This document shows positions 11,256 to 23,453 of a DNA stretch of 64,000 nt, one piece after another. Positions within the stretch are counted from its first letter, which is position 1. Every line of letters starts with the position of its first letter. This DNA comes from Felis catus (taxonomy: Eukaryota), in contig NC_058377.1 of the NCBI RefSeq assembly GCF_018350175.1, forward strand, positions 111,290,001 through 111,354,000, written 5' to 3'. Under the pieces are notes generated by a model. It did not search any database, was not told the DNA's origin, and saw only the letters and a program-made list of their open reading frames with translations. Made by a program: the position numbers and the translations under genes.

Positions 11256-12602
11256 TACCTGTCCACTGGATGGGGAACTCCTCGACTTCATCCAAGCAGC
11301 CTGGCTGAATCCCTTGTTCCAACAGGTCTTGGGACCTAGGCTGCCAAGAGCAGCTCCTGAAAGCTGCCACTCCTCCCCCCCACCCACCACTCAGGTTCCG
11401 GGAGCCTTGGGGTACGGGGCCTCCATGGGAGGGCTGCTGGTTCCAGAATCAAGCAAGATCACAGAGCACATTTTGCAATGGGTGGGAGGGAGTGGGTGCC
11501 TGGCACCCAGCAAGGAGCTCCATTCGTAGTTATCTTCCCGAACCAGCTCTAATTGGCAGAGAAAGCATCCCCAAGGCCCCTCTCTGCTTCATGAAGGGCT
11601 TATAATTAGTAGTTGGGGATCAAAAGGGGGAAAGGTTGGCTGAGGCTATGCTTGGAGGGGGGGAGGGAGAGTCCTCTGAGAGGTGGGATTGAAAGAGTGG
11701 GTGTTCTGTTCCAATCCTTTCCCCACCCAACAGCTCTAGAGAGCAGTTACCTAAGCTCTCTAGAGGTTGGTGTTTGCTTGCTCATTTTAACCTCCCCAGT
11801 GGGAGTAAAGGCTTTGGCTGAGGCAAGGATTATCTCGCTCCTCACAGCGCTAGGTGCAAGTTGACCCATTCTCCCCTCCCTGCTGATGACTTTCAAACAC
11901 CTGTCTCCCAGTCTGGTCTCCCTGCTGAATTTCAGACCCCATCTCTAGCTATGTATGTTAGCGTCTCCACGCGGATACCCTACGTTGTGGCAGGTTTCAC
12001 GCTGAATAACTCATGATTCCATCCAATGAACTTTCCATTTCTGTTGTTACTCTTTTCGGTTCTGGGATTTCCATTGTGTTCTTTATTTACTATTCCACTT
12101 TCTCTGCCTAGATTCCTTATCTGCTCCCTTATTATAGCCGCGTTTTCCATGAATTCTTCAAGCATATTTTTCTTTACTTCTTTGATCGTGTTTATAACCA
12201 TTGCTTTGTCCGAGAAGTCCATTATCCAAAATATCCTGGTATTGATTTCTATCGACTGTTGTTTCCCCCTCTTGACTATGAGTCACATTTTCCTGTTTAC
12301 TTGTGCATTTGGTAATTGTTGATTGCGTGTTGAACATTGTGGACGATATGTTCATCATATCATCTGGATTCAGATACCTTTCTCTAAGAAGGGTTGGTTT
12401 TTGTTCTAGCAGACAGCTCAATTCCTGGCTGATTGCTTGAATGTGTGTGATCTTGGTTTGCTATTTGTTATCACGGACCTGCCTTAGATGTCTTCCAAAC
12501 GTCTCTAACTTGGTGAGAATCAAGCTCCAAACTGAAAATCTTGTCGAGGCTTGGTTTCAGGATTTGTACCCTACAGTAGGCTTTACTCTAAAGTGTGGTC
12601 TT

Positions 12603-12861
12603 GGGGCGCCTGGGTGGCTCAGTCGGTTAAGCGTCCGACTTCAGCTCAGGTCACGATCTCACGGTCAGTGAGTTTGAGCCCCGCGTCGGGCTCTGGGCTG
12701 ATGGCTCGGAGCCTGGAGCCTGTTTCCGATTCTGTGTCTCCCTCTCTCTCTGCCCCTCCCCCATTCATGCTCTGTCTCTCTCTGTCCCAAAAATAAAATA
12801 AAAACGTTGAAAAAAAAATTAAAAAAAAAATAAATAAACGTTAAAAAAAATTAAAAAAAAA
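12603..12861 (+). mobile_element. Young Can-SINE (SINEC_Fc) with perfect TSD and doubled tail
   Basis: TSD aaagtgtggtctt at 12590-12602 and 12859-12871. Confidence 0.98.
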
Positions 12862-13168
12862 GTGTGGTCTTTACTACTAAGATAGGGTCTTTCTGGTGTC
12901 ACAGCTAAACGCCTCAGGGTTTAAGCAGGTTCCGCTCTGGTTGAGCAAGAGCCCCCAAGGTCCCTAGCACTGTTTGACATCCAGCATCTCTGTCCTGCGC
13001 TCAAACCTTTAGGGGATGATACCACCTGTTAAGCCTCAGGTGACCTCACATAGACTTCCTCCTCATCCCCTTGAAGCTTCCCCTTCTCCAGATTCCAGCC
13101 CTGCAGACTGTAGCTGCTTCCGCTATCCCAAACTCTCTGCTCCCTCAGTTCAGTGGGATCTCTTTCTT

Positions 13169-13428
13169 TAAAAAAAATTTTTATTTTTTTATTTTTTGAT
13201 TTTTTATTTAAAAAAAAATTTTTTTTAACGTTTATTTATTTTTGAGACAGAGAGAGACAGAGCATGAACGGGGAAGGGGCAGAGAGAGAGGGAGACACAG
13301 AATCGGAAGCAGGCTCCAGGCTCCGAGCCATCAGCCCAGAGCCCGACGCGGGGCTCGAACCCACGGACCGCGAGATTGTGACCTGGCTGAAGTCGGACGC
13401 TCAACCCACTGAGCCACCTGGGCGCCCC
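13169..13428 (-). mobile_element. Young Can-SINE (SINEC_Fc) with perfect 15-bp TSD
   Basis: TSD tgggatctctttctt at 13154-13168 and 13430-13444. The element ends gagccacctgggcgcccc. Confidence 0.98.
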
Positions 13429-13859
13429 TTGGGATCTCTTTCTTCTACTTGGATGCCTGCTCATTGCACTGCCGTGGGGAAGCATCCCAACCACAGGCCC
13501 AGGGAGATCGTGAGGCTCACTTTTTTTCCCTTCCCTGGGGGATCACAGCCTTGTTCTGCCTTTGATACAAGTTGAAGACCATGGCTTCGTATCTCCTGTT
13601 CAGTCTTAGGATTGTTATGGCAGAGGGGCTAATACGGTTCCAGTTACTATGCCGTGACCAGAAAAGAGAAACTCACTCTTATTCCAGACTTACTACAATC
13701 CCTCCATTTCGTCCAAACGGATCCCGCGGGGTCCTCTTTGGTGCCACCCTCTCTATCACTCCCTGGTGGGGGAGGGGGGGAGCCATCAGCAAATTGGTCT
13801 CTCTGACCAATTGGAGACCAACTGGTCTCTTTGACATTGGAGCTCTTGGGTCTGTCAAA

Positions 13860-14400
13860 ATTTCCTTCACCGCCCCCGTGACCACCGTCTCTTCTCCCTG
13901 GGGCTGCTCTGACGGTCTCCTCGCTGGCCTTCCAACCTCCAGTCTTGCTCTGTTCCAATCCTTTCCCCACCCAGCGGCCAGAGGGCCTGTTCTCGACCGG
14001 TACATCAGCTTTACATAAAACTCTGCCATGTGGTCTTGGCTGGCAGCCCTCGAGGCCTGCCCCCCGCCTACGTCCCTGCCCCTTTTGACAGCCAGGCCCT
14101 CACGACCCTCCTCACGGGATCTCTGACTTCCAGATGACATCATCATTTCTCGTCTCAGAGCCCTCACTTGGTGGGTGAGGGCACCGTCGTGCTCTGGGTG
14201 TTTCGCCTGACAATTCCTCAGGCCTTACGTCGTCTCACGCCTCCTGAGCAACCCTCCCTGACTCTCCAAGCCTGAGTCAGGTGCTTTTTCTATGTGCAAA
14301 CACAGTGTCTGAGTTCCCTGTGTCTTAGAAGGCTTGGAGCTCCTCAAAATCGGGAGTAGGCGGCTCGCTGTGCGTCCCTGGAGCCTGGTTCAAGCTCGCC
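13860..14400 (+). mobile_element. L2 LINE fragment
   Basis: Matches the L2 motif cctcgctggccttccaacctccagtcttgctctgttccaatcc...cagcggccagag. Confidence 0.6.
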
Positions 14401-15394
14401 CTCAGCAGCGGCTCGCGGTTGCTAAGGAACCAGCACAGTGGAGGGTTTGTGCACCGTAGTGCTGCGGGGTGGGGTGGGGGGGCCCTGGGGATTTTTGCTG
14501 GGGATGCAAGTCCCAGAGAGGAAAGGGTGTCTCCACGGGCTGACCACCGCCGGAGATGATTCTGGGTGTTTTGTGAAGGTCTCGCACAGGAAAGGGTCAG
14601 CGAGAGCTTGTCGGAAGAAGAGTGAGAAGGTCGTCTGTACCCCAGAGTGGTCCCCTGATGTGGCGCTGCTCTCCCAGGGGGCTTTGGTGGAGCGCATCCT
14701 CAGCACTGGCCGGGACCCCCTCGCCATTCTCCCCACAGAGGCCCCATCTCACAGTGGGGCTCCCCAGTCCGTGAGCGGGTGGCAGGGCCCTGCCTTGGGA
14801 CAGGAGGGAACGGCCTGTGGCAATCACGACGGTGAGCTCTGGAGACACGCAGAGTGGGGTTTGAGTTTTGCCGCCTCCTGCCCTCGAGACCGCGCAGCCT
14901 CGGTTCCGTCCCAGACCCCACGAGGGAGCCCATGAGACGCCGGACACACGGCCGCAAGCTCCAGCCCCGGCTTCTGCTGGCCCCCACGAGGCTCGTGGGG
15001 CGGACTCATGTTTTCAGCTTCACTGGCCAGTTTGCTGGGTGAATCTCTGCTGAGTCAAAGTTAGCAGGTTCCCAAAGTAGAAACCTTGTCAGATCCCCGG
15101 GAATGTCAGCCCCGGTGACTCACGTGTGTTTCTCCCCAGAACACGGTCACAGGCCTTTGGAATCAGCTCAGCTATCTTGGAAGAGGCGTTGCGAGGCTGG
15201 GAGCGGAACGCTGGGACCCCGCCACACGAGAGCCGGGCCCGGGCCCGGCTGCCAAGAAAGGAGTTCCCACTAGGAAAATCTGACTCAGTCAAATCTCCGC
15301 CTTCGTTTCGGTCCACAGTTCCTTGGCTGTGGCTGCAGCTAAGAAGTATGGCTCTGAGATGCGCTGCCTGGCGGAAGGCGGTCGGGATGTTTTT

Positions 15395-15490
15395 GTTGTT
15401 ATGGTGACGGTGTTGTCGGCGGTGGCGACGGCGGGGATGCTGGTGGGGGTGGCGGTGGTAGGAACGGGGTGTTGGTGTCGATGGCGTTGA
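15395..15490. repeat. Degenerate (GGT/GGC/GTT)n low-complexity tract
   Basis: gttgttatggtgacggtgttgtcggcggtggcgacggc... Confidence 0.7.
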
Positions 15491-15939
15491 CGCCTCGCGC
15501 CCGCGAGCAAAGCTGTGCAAGAAGCCGGGCCACCCGATCCTGCCACTTACGCCCTGGTGGCCTGGGGCGACGTGTCGCTCTCTCTGAACCTCAGCTCCCT
15601 CGTCGGCAGGGGGACAATGGTATTGTCTGCCTTTCTGGGCTGCTTGGCGATCAGAGGGACCAGGACCAGCGAGTGCCCGAGACCCCGTGGAAACCGCGGA
15701 AGCCGTGCGGCTGCAAGGCGCTGGGCATGCCCTAGCCGTGTAGACAGGTCCCGGGGTCCAGCGAATGCGGCTGTGGGGGATCGTGTTCCGTGATTTTCTT
15801 TTTCTGTGCAGCAGGGTTCCCCTCCTTCTTCGGGCAGCAACGCCGCCTTTTACTTGGATAATTTTTTTTTTTTTTTACCATTTTTCTTCTCGTGGGGTTT
15901 CGAAGGGACTGTCAGTCTTGGTACCCACCCCACGTCCTC

Positions 15940-16185
15940 TCGTCACGAGGATGGGCGTGTGGCCCAGACTGGAGTAAGTCGAGTTCTCCCCGGGGCTTGC
16001 TAGGAGAAGCGGGGGTCCGAAGGGCCGAAGGAAGTATATACGGAGAAACAGGAAGAGGAAGAGGAAGAGAAACCGATGGCGGCCAAGAGAACCCCAGGGG
16101 CTTTGTTTAAGCACCTGGATCCAGCTAGACCTGCAGATAGAATCATCCACTCCTGAATCTCCCAGTTACATGAGCCGTGTAACCA
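15940..16185 (+). mobile_element. Old MaLR LTR fragment (MLT1K/L-like)
   Basis: Contains tttaagcacctggatccagctagacctg and cccagttacatgagcc. Confidence 0.55.
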
Positions 16186-16509
16186 CCTCAGGGAATCCAA
16201 GCTCTGTGCCTGTACTTTGCCAACCAAAGCGTCCTTCCCTCTACCTCTAACCTCCCCAGGCTCCTAGAAGCCCCAGAACCTTCCCAAGAAAGCGAAATCT
16301 GTGACAGGGCTGACTTCCAAGTTGGAGGACAAAAGCCTCTTCTTTTGCTGGACCTGGCTCTTCTGTCCCCTCTTTCTAGGCAACAGAGCAAGACCGACCC
16401 AGGTCCCAGATGTCAGGGGACAGAGGTTGAGACCTAGCGCAGTTCCCCTTTCCCACGTACGCAGGGAGCACCTGTACGGGGAAACTGTGCCATAAACTGT
16501 GAAGTTCCA

Positions 16510-16890
16510 TGGCTACTTTCACTGATTATATAAACAAACAATCTGAACAGTGTAGGAAGTCACAAGGAAAGAAGCAAAAACCACCCGATCACCACCTCTG
16601 CCTCCAGAGATAACCCTGGGACACCTGCAGCCTTCTCTCCAAGTCCCCAGATAGAAACATTCCGTTCCCTGTCAGCGGACCACAGACCTGATGTTCCGGA
16701 ACTTTATCCAGGTACCCGCACATCGTGGAATCTTCTGGACACTGAACCCAGCTCCCCGCTTTGTTAGAGGGGAACTTCTTCGCGGTATCACGTAGATGTA
16801 TTTGATGCACCCCTAGCGATGCACATTTAGGTTATTGACGATTTTTAACCATTTTAAACACAAGTGCAATGGACATACACATATGTTCAG
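16510..16890 (-). mobile_element. L1ME-type 3' fragment
   Basis: Contains ccagagataacc and gatgcacatttaggttattgacgatttttaaccatt. Confidence 0.55.
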
Positions 16891-17561
16891 ATTTGGTCCA
16901 TTCTGCTCAAGGGTTCTCTGAGGAGTTGAGGGTCCACGATGGCAGGAAGGGGCCGACAACACTGGGTTTTACCCGCCTCCAAAGAAATCATTTTGGAGGT
17001 GGGAGAGAAAGGTTGATGAGAAGGTCCCACTTTTAAGAGCGGTGGCTTCCTCGGTGCTCAGTACAGGTTACCCTGCTCTTTGGGAAGGACAGGTGGCAGG
17101 AGGGGGAGGACGAGGGGGAGGGGGTGGCATTGTGGGTGGTGGTTCTGTTACACTTGCCTGGTTTCATCATGAAAAGCCCCCTGCCCTGGAGGCCCCCTCC
17201 GCCCGGGGCAGACTGGGACAGTGGGTCACCTCTTGCTGGGACACTCTGTCTCTGGGACAATGGGTCCCGCTGCTGCCTCCCTCACTGGCTTCTGGGAAAG
17301 TGTGTGCTGAGAAGTGCTCGGGCCGAGTGCCCAGGTAGGCTTGGCCCCTGGCTACCAGGGGCTGGCAGTGGAGACCGGCCCCAGCTCCTCCGAATCCAGC
17401 ACCCAGGGGACGCTATGCCGATTCCCAAGTACAGGGTGCTTTGCTTTAGTCCACCTGGCAAGGGTGCCCATGCTGGAGGCTCACAGGTTCTCACCTCCCT
17501 GCCCTGACCTTGCACAGAGGAGGAAACTGAGGCACAGGGAGGGAAGCGACTTGGCAGAGAG

Positions 17562-18800
17562 AGTGTGATAATGATGGGGTTCCCTGTTGGTTTCTTTGTG
17601 CTGCTTGTGTCGAGGTTCATTGAACTTCTTGGATCCCTGCACTTAGAGTTCTCAACAAATTTGGAAACTTTTTGGGTTACTTTTCCAAATATTTTGTTTT
17701 CTAGCTCCCTCCCCTCCTTGAGGGATCTCATTGACACTGACATTTGAACACTTAAACATTTCCCACAGTTCCTGTCACCTGTTTCCTTGCCAGTCATCTC
17801 CCTCTCTGTGGTTCGTTTCGGCTAATTCCAGTTTCTCTGTCTTCAAGTTCACCCTTCTTTCTTTCTGCAACGTCTAACCCACCATTCAGCCTCCCGGCCA
17901 GGGTGTAAGTCATCTGAAATGTTATCGTTTCCATCTCTAGAAATCCACACGCGGTCTTTTTGTATCTTCCTTGTTTCTATTTCATACGTTCCATCTTTCC
18001 AGCATCTTTAGAAAACATAAAACACTTGCTTGGGGAATAACCTTCCATGTGCAGGAAATGTACAGAGATCTTGTATGCTTCTCCGTCAATTTCTGCTAAT
18101 GCTTCCCTCTGGCGTTAGTGTCGTGTGGAATGCTGCTCACACCTGCTTCCATGCTCTGGTCTACTTGAGCCTCTCATTTTTGTCCTTTGTCTGCCTGTTT
18201 GAAGGGTTGATTTTTTTCCCCTCATTTCAGGTTGTATTTTCCTGCTGATGATTTTGGTTGGATGGCTGACATGACAAAGTTTACTTTGTTGGGTGTTATT
18301 TTTTTATTCCAAAAACACATTCTTAACCTTTGTTCCTTTTTTTTTTTTTGATGTTTATTTATTCTTGAGAGAGAGAGAGAGAGAGAGAGAGCATGAACGG
18401 GGGAGGGGCAGAGAGAGAGAGGGAGACACAGAATCCAAAGCAGGCTCCAGGCTCCCAGCTGTCAGCACAGAGCCCGATGCAGGGGCTCGAACTCACGAGC
18501 CGTGAGATCATGACCTGAGCCGAAGTCGGACGCTTAACAGCCTGAGCCACCCGGGCGCCCCTTAACCTTTGTTCTTGGAGGCAGTTAAGTTCCCTGGAGA
18601 TAGTCTGATTCTTTTTTGGGCTTGCTTTTAATATTTGCTGGGTGGGACCAACTTCAAAGCAAAAGGCATTCTTAGTGTTCTAACTGACGCCGATGAATTA
18701 TGAGTTGTTGGTGTCAGGCACAGTTCCCAGCCCTGTGCACTCAGGGCACTGTTCCCTCACATCTCTTTGGGTGGTTCATTCCCTACCCTCAGGTGGTTTT
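17562..18800 (-). mobile_element. Ancient L1M ORF1/5' region, interrupted by a Can-SINE
   Basis: Antisense ORF1 motifs gaggttcattgaacttcttggat, aaatttggaaact and ctgtcttcaagttcac. Confidence 0.7.
18337..18561 (-). mobile_element. Can-SINE with TSD
   Basis: TSD ttaacctttgttc at 18323-18335 and 18562-18574. Confidence 0.97.
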
Positions 18801-18929
18801 CTCACATGGGGTTACTAAAACCATGCAGCCCTGCCCAGCATGCCTCCTATGTCTGAAGGTTTGGCTGCCCAGAAATGGGAGTGGCCTGCTATCTACTCCT
18901 ATTCCCACCTTAGCCCATCATATGTGAGC

Positions 18930-18988
18930 AGCCACCAGGGACAGATGTGCAGGTTGTGCACTGCACAACACTAGGGGTTGCCATTCAT
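18930..18988. mobile_element. MER91-like hAT fragment
   Basis: Contains gtgcaggttgtgcactgcacaac. A homologous piece lies at about 33397-33455. Confidence 0.45.
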
Positions 18989-18989
18989 T

Positions 18990-19209
18990 GAGAATGGAGC
19001 CAACTTTAAAGAAGCAGAGCTAAGAGACAGAGAGAGAAAACCAATCAACCAACCAACCAACCAACCAACCAACCAACAGTTCCTGGCCTTACAATTTGAA
19101 CTTCTGGAACCATCTGTGCCTAGGTTCATGAAGTCCCATCCCCGTGTTGTTTAATCCAGTTTGAGCTGAGAGTTCTGTTCCTTGTAATAATAAGGATCCT
19201 CATTACACA
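18990..19209 (+). mobile_element. Old LTR 3' part (MLT1/LTR16-like) containing (AACC)n at ~19041-19077
   Basis: Ends tttaatccagtttgagctgagagttctgttccttgtaat...attacaca. Confidence 0.55.
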
Positions 19210-19477
19210 CTTCTTGGTTGATGTGGAGGGGCGGGGAGGAAGGGCAGTTAGAGATGAAACCTAGGCCTCTAGCCTGGGGGACAGGGGACCGTAGGGCCAC
19301 CAGTCGGTGAAGAACATCTCGGGAGAAATGAGTCAGCGTGGGGGACTGGGTGATGGTTCGAATTGCCAAAGGGCTCCTTGTCCCAGACTGTCCTTCTTCT
19401 TTAAGTCTCTGACCTTGCCAATGGGACTGTGGGTATGAGAAACCTTTGCAAGGCATGAGGCTCTATGTAGGATTCCA

Positions 19478-19507
19478 GTGTGTGTGTGTGTGTCTGTGTG
19501 TGTGTGT
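19478..19507. repeat. (TG)n microsatellite
   Basis: Seen directly. Confidence 0.95.
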
Positions 19508-20097
19508 TGGTGGGTTGGAAGATGTGATCTATGCCATTTGTGTTCACACTTGATTGCATCCCCTCCCCATAGGAGAAGGGGAGAGCCCCCTGGAGGCCGT
19601 GAGACTCAGTAGTGCCTCCTGCAGAAAGGGCCCGCGTTCCTGCCCAGGGCTTACTCTGCCCAACGGAATATATGACGATATCCTCCTTTGGAACGGAAGT
19701 GTTGACGTGCCATTGAGCGTTGCCAGGAAAGACGGCATGTTCCACCCCAGGACTGTGCCTTCTGCTTAGACCCTGGCGTGAAGAGTGTGGGGCAGACTGG
19801 TGGCTACGATGCAGAATGTGCAACACACATGAACCTTCACTGTTGTAGACCTTTGTGACCTGGGGGTAGCTGGCTGACGCGGCACAGCCATCAGGGGACG
19901 CGGCGCTCATGGGTGATGTTGCCATCGGGCTGATGCTTGTCCCTTCCATGCACACCCAGGAATCCAGCCCTGGCCAACTCATGGAGAACGCATTTGGTTT
20001 TGGGCACTCACACCTGCCTAAGGTAGGTATGCAATCTGGTCTGGGGCAGAGGGGAAGGGAAGGGCAGACGCCAGTGCCTTGGGCTTGAAAAAAACCA

Positions 20098-21060
20098 GCC
20101 TTATGGAGGTATAACTCACATCCAACAAAATTCGTCACTTTTTAGTATTCATTTCAGCAGGGTTGGCAAATGCACGTGGCTGGGTAGCCGCAACCTTTAA
20201 CCTTTCGAACCTTTCTAGAAGGTTCCCTTGTGCCTCTTGGCAATCAATCAGCCCTCCCCCGTCTGCAGGTAACAACGACGTGCTTCCTGCTGCTGTGGTT
20301 CGAGTCGCCTGCCGTGGAGCCCCGTGGAAATGGAAGCGTACATCGCGGGTTCCCTTCTGGGACCGTCTCCTTTGGCCCCCCGTGGTGGTGGCGAGGTGGT
20401 GTGAGGCCGTGTGTGTCCACGGGGTTGTCCCTTTTCGTTGCGAACAAACCCTAGAAGGCTTATCCGTTCACGTGTCGGGGACCAGCTCTGGACGCACGTG
20501 TAGGAGTCTCCCGTGGGCACACGTTATCCTCTCTCGTGGGTGAACACCCAGCTTTGGAACAACTGAGTCGTAGAGTGAAAGGGTGTTTGAATTCACAAGA
20601 AGCTGCCCAGTGAGTCCATCGACGCAGGAGAATCCCTGTTCCGGTCCCTTCCCACACCCGGTAAAAACCCGTCTTTAACGTGAACCAGTTGCGGTGGGTG
20701 TCGAGCGGCGTCTCACTGGGCTTTCGTTTTTTGTGTTTTTTCATTCCTATGATCACTAACGATGACAATCGGCATTTCATGAGTTTGTTGGTAGCCAGTC
20801 GGATATCTCCTTCTGTGGAGTGTGGGTTCATGTCCTGTGCCCATATTTTCATTGGGTTATTTGTCTCGGGATTCGATGGTAAGAGTCCTTTATATATTCT
20901 AAGAATCTGTTGTCAGAGATGTGCGTTGGGAATATTCTCTCTCAGTCTGTGATTTGCTTTTCTGTTTTTTTTTTATCATGTTTTCCCAAGTGCAGAATAT
21001 TTTAATTTCGATGAAGTCAATTTCTTTTTTTTTCTTTGATGGTTAATGTTTTTTGTGTCC
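20098..21060 (-). mobile_element. L1M 3' end fragment, GC-remodelled in its centre
   Basis: Starts ttatggaggtataactcacat. Contains catttcatgagtttgttggtagcc and ttttaatttcgatgaagtcaattt. Confidence 0.8.
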
Positions 21061-21089
21061 TTGTAATTACTGCGTTGGCCCATGAGTCA

Positions 21090-21900
21090 TCATGTGGTTA
21101 GTTTTTATTGACTGCTTTCTTCTGACTGTGGGTCTCATTTTCCCGTTTGTCGGTTTTTTTTCTTTTTTCTCCCAAGTCGACTGATTTTCCCTTGTGTATT
21201 GCACCTGGTGGGTGAGACGTTGTGAGGATGGTCGGTTCTCTTTTCTGCCCCTGGAGAGTGTTGACTTCTGTCCTGGTGGATAGCATCACTTCTCCCTGCT
21301 GCCCCCGAACTTGTACGTACTTGACCTCCTACTTTGTTGGTGACCTTTGGGGAGCCCCAGGTGTCCCCAAACTCCTCTGACTCAGGGCATGCACTTCCTA
21401 CACCGTCTCCCATAGATCCCACTGGGGCTTGATCCAAGTTTGTTATAGGGAAAGTGGGTCTTGCCTTAGGATGTCATTCCTCCTCCAAAGACACGCCTTT
21501 TTGATATCCAGCTGGACGTCCAGGGGTCAGTGACACCCTGCGCCCTGGCTAGACCGTGTCCCCTGGCACCTCTCGCCCTCTGGAATCACACTCCACCCCC
21601 AACTCTGTAGGTCCTCGTGGGTACCCTGCCCCGGCTTCCGTGCCCGAAACTCTGACCTCTGCGCCCTTGTCTCAGTGGGACCAGTAAGCTTTCTGAGGAG
21701 CCCAGCCTGCTGAGCCAGAGCGGGAATTGTCTTGCGAGATTTTGTGGCTCCCCCTCCCGAGCTTCCTTTCTCTGAGATCATGGTCACGGACAGTCGGCTC
21801 CCCAGCGTGTGAGTGTCCGGAGGGCAAGACCAGGCCAGTACTGGGGATGCCCACAGAGCTGGGAGCAGAAGTTACGTACAACTTTTCCATCAAGTTGCTG
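21090..21900 (-). mobile_element. Ancient L1M 5'-region fragment
   Basis: Resembles the 12240-12600 and 18150-18700 segments (tttttattgactgctttc, gggtctcattttcc, ggagagtgttgacttctgtcctgg). Confidence 0.5.
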
Positions 21901-23029
21901 GACCCTACCTAGAACTCTGGGCCAAAGGCAGATTCCCCAAACAGGCCAGCTGTCCTTCTCCACAGGTGCAAGGGCGAGGAGTGGGACGACGGGCCAGGCT
22001 GACAGACACACGCACACACACGCACAGGCACACACGGAAGTGGGATAACAACAGTGTCCCTCCTCCCCACCCCCCTGCCCTGTCCCCGGGTCAAAGGGGT
22101 GCCTGGGTGGCGCCTGACTCTAGTCCTCTCCCTTGCGTCCCTCCCCGGGCCCCATTTTCTCACGGTTTTTAAGGAAGCTTCTCTATTTCCTAGTTACTCC
22201 CCGGAGAAGTGCCAGCCGCCCAGCACCCAGCAGTAGCCCTCCCCCTGCTGGTCTCAGGGCCTGTCCTGGAAGCCGTCTCTCCGGGGCAGCCCTGTCTGGG
22301 CCCCGGGCTCTTCTGAGCTCTGTCTGCAGGGCCTCCCGGGGACCGTGCGCCCACCCTCCCCCGTAAGCGGGACACCTGCGCACAGACCTCTGTGCTCAGT
22401 GTGGGACACAGAGGCGGAGCCCGGGGGGGAAGCCGGGACCTGGGCCATCACTGCTCCCCAGATAAGGAGCCTGAGCCCCAGAGAGAGGCCAGCCTGGAGC
22501 AACGGCGCAGCCCAGCTCCAGATTCGCACCGAGGGCTCTGCCCCAACCTATTTCCACACCCCGTGGGGCCTCTTTACTACGTGCCCACACTTTTCTCGGG
22601 GGCAAAGGCAGTATCATTGCACTCATCCCTTCATGCATTCATTCGTGCGTTCATTCGTTCACTCGTGTTGGGGTAAAGCTAGATGTGAGTATTCCCAGCC
22701 CGCCCTCCGCCTCCCCCTGAAGGGGGTCCTGCTGGGTCCCCGGGGCTTCCTCCCTTCCCTTCCATCCCCCCAACCCCCCACTCCCCGGGAGGGTTTCTGT
22801 CCTTCTAGAAGGCGGGTTCCGATGCAATAGTGCCTCGGGGAGGGAGGGGGCGGGGGGCCGGGGCTGTGGGGTGTTTTCAGGAGGGGCCGTGGGAAGAGGG
22901 GCAGCTCACGGCTACACGGTTTGTGTGCCCTTCACGGGGCTCGAAAAGTACGGACAAACCAGCGGAGACGGCTGAAGTGAGCTGTGGGCTTCGGGCCCGC
23001 ACAGACGCTGCTAGCTCAGTCGCCCTGCT

Positions 23030-23411
23030 AGCTTGGTCACCTCCTGTCACAGCCTCCTTAGCCATGGGATGGCCATGTGACCCATTTCTGGCCATCGAGA
23101 CATAAGCAGAAGGCTTCTGGGAACTTGGGGGGTGTCTAAAACTTTCCTGACCAAAAAGAAGGAAAGGAAAGACAAACGCAGTGGGCGCTCTTTCTTCCCA
23201 CGTTGGGGGTGGAGGTGAGGCCCAGCGCCGTGGCAGCCATCTTGCAGCCAAGAGGCAACGGGCGGGAACGGCAAGCCAGAAGAACCGTAGCGAGGCCAGC
23301 CACTGAGCCGACGGCAGTGGCAGCCTATTTCCAGACTCCTTGTGGGAGAACAAAAGTCGAGGTTAGTGGGGCTCCCCGTTAGTTGTTAGTGAAGGCATTC
23401 CTGAGTGACAC
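23030..23411 (+). mobile_element. MaLR LTR (MLT1H/J-like)
   Basis: Contains ggccatgtgacccatttctggcca, ggcagccatcttgcagcca and gcattcctgagtgacac. Confidence 0.65.
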
Positions 23412-23426
23412 GTGGACCCTGTGTAC

Positions 23427-23453
23427 GTGTGTGTGTGTGTGTGTGTGTGTGTG
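23427..23453. repeat. (GT)n microsatellite
   Basis: Seen directly. Confidence 0.95.

Larger units (their letters stand above)
12000..13640 (-). mobile_element. Ancient L1M/HAL1-type 5'/ORF1 region, interrupted by two Can-SINEs
   Basis: Minus-strand ORF 11980-12222 resembles a decayed L1 ORF1 coiled coil. The plus strand is T-rich. The right boundary is approximate. Confidence 0.6.

Noticed and set aside
19745-19840. Minus-strand peptide GSCVLHILHRSHQSAPHSSRQGLSRRHSPG, loosely like a V1R vomeronasal receptor loop
   Set aside because: The flanking transmembrane segments were not found in the frames I checked, so it is probably chance. A tBLASTn with V1R proteins would settle it.
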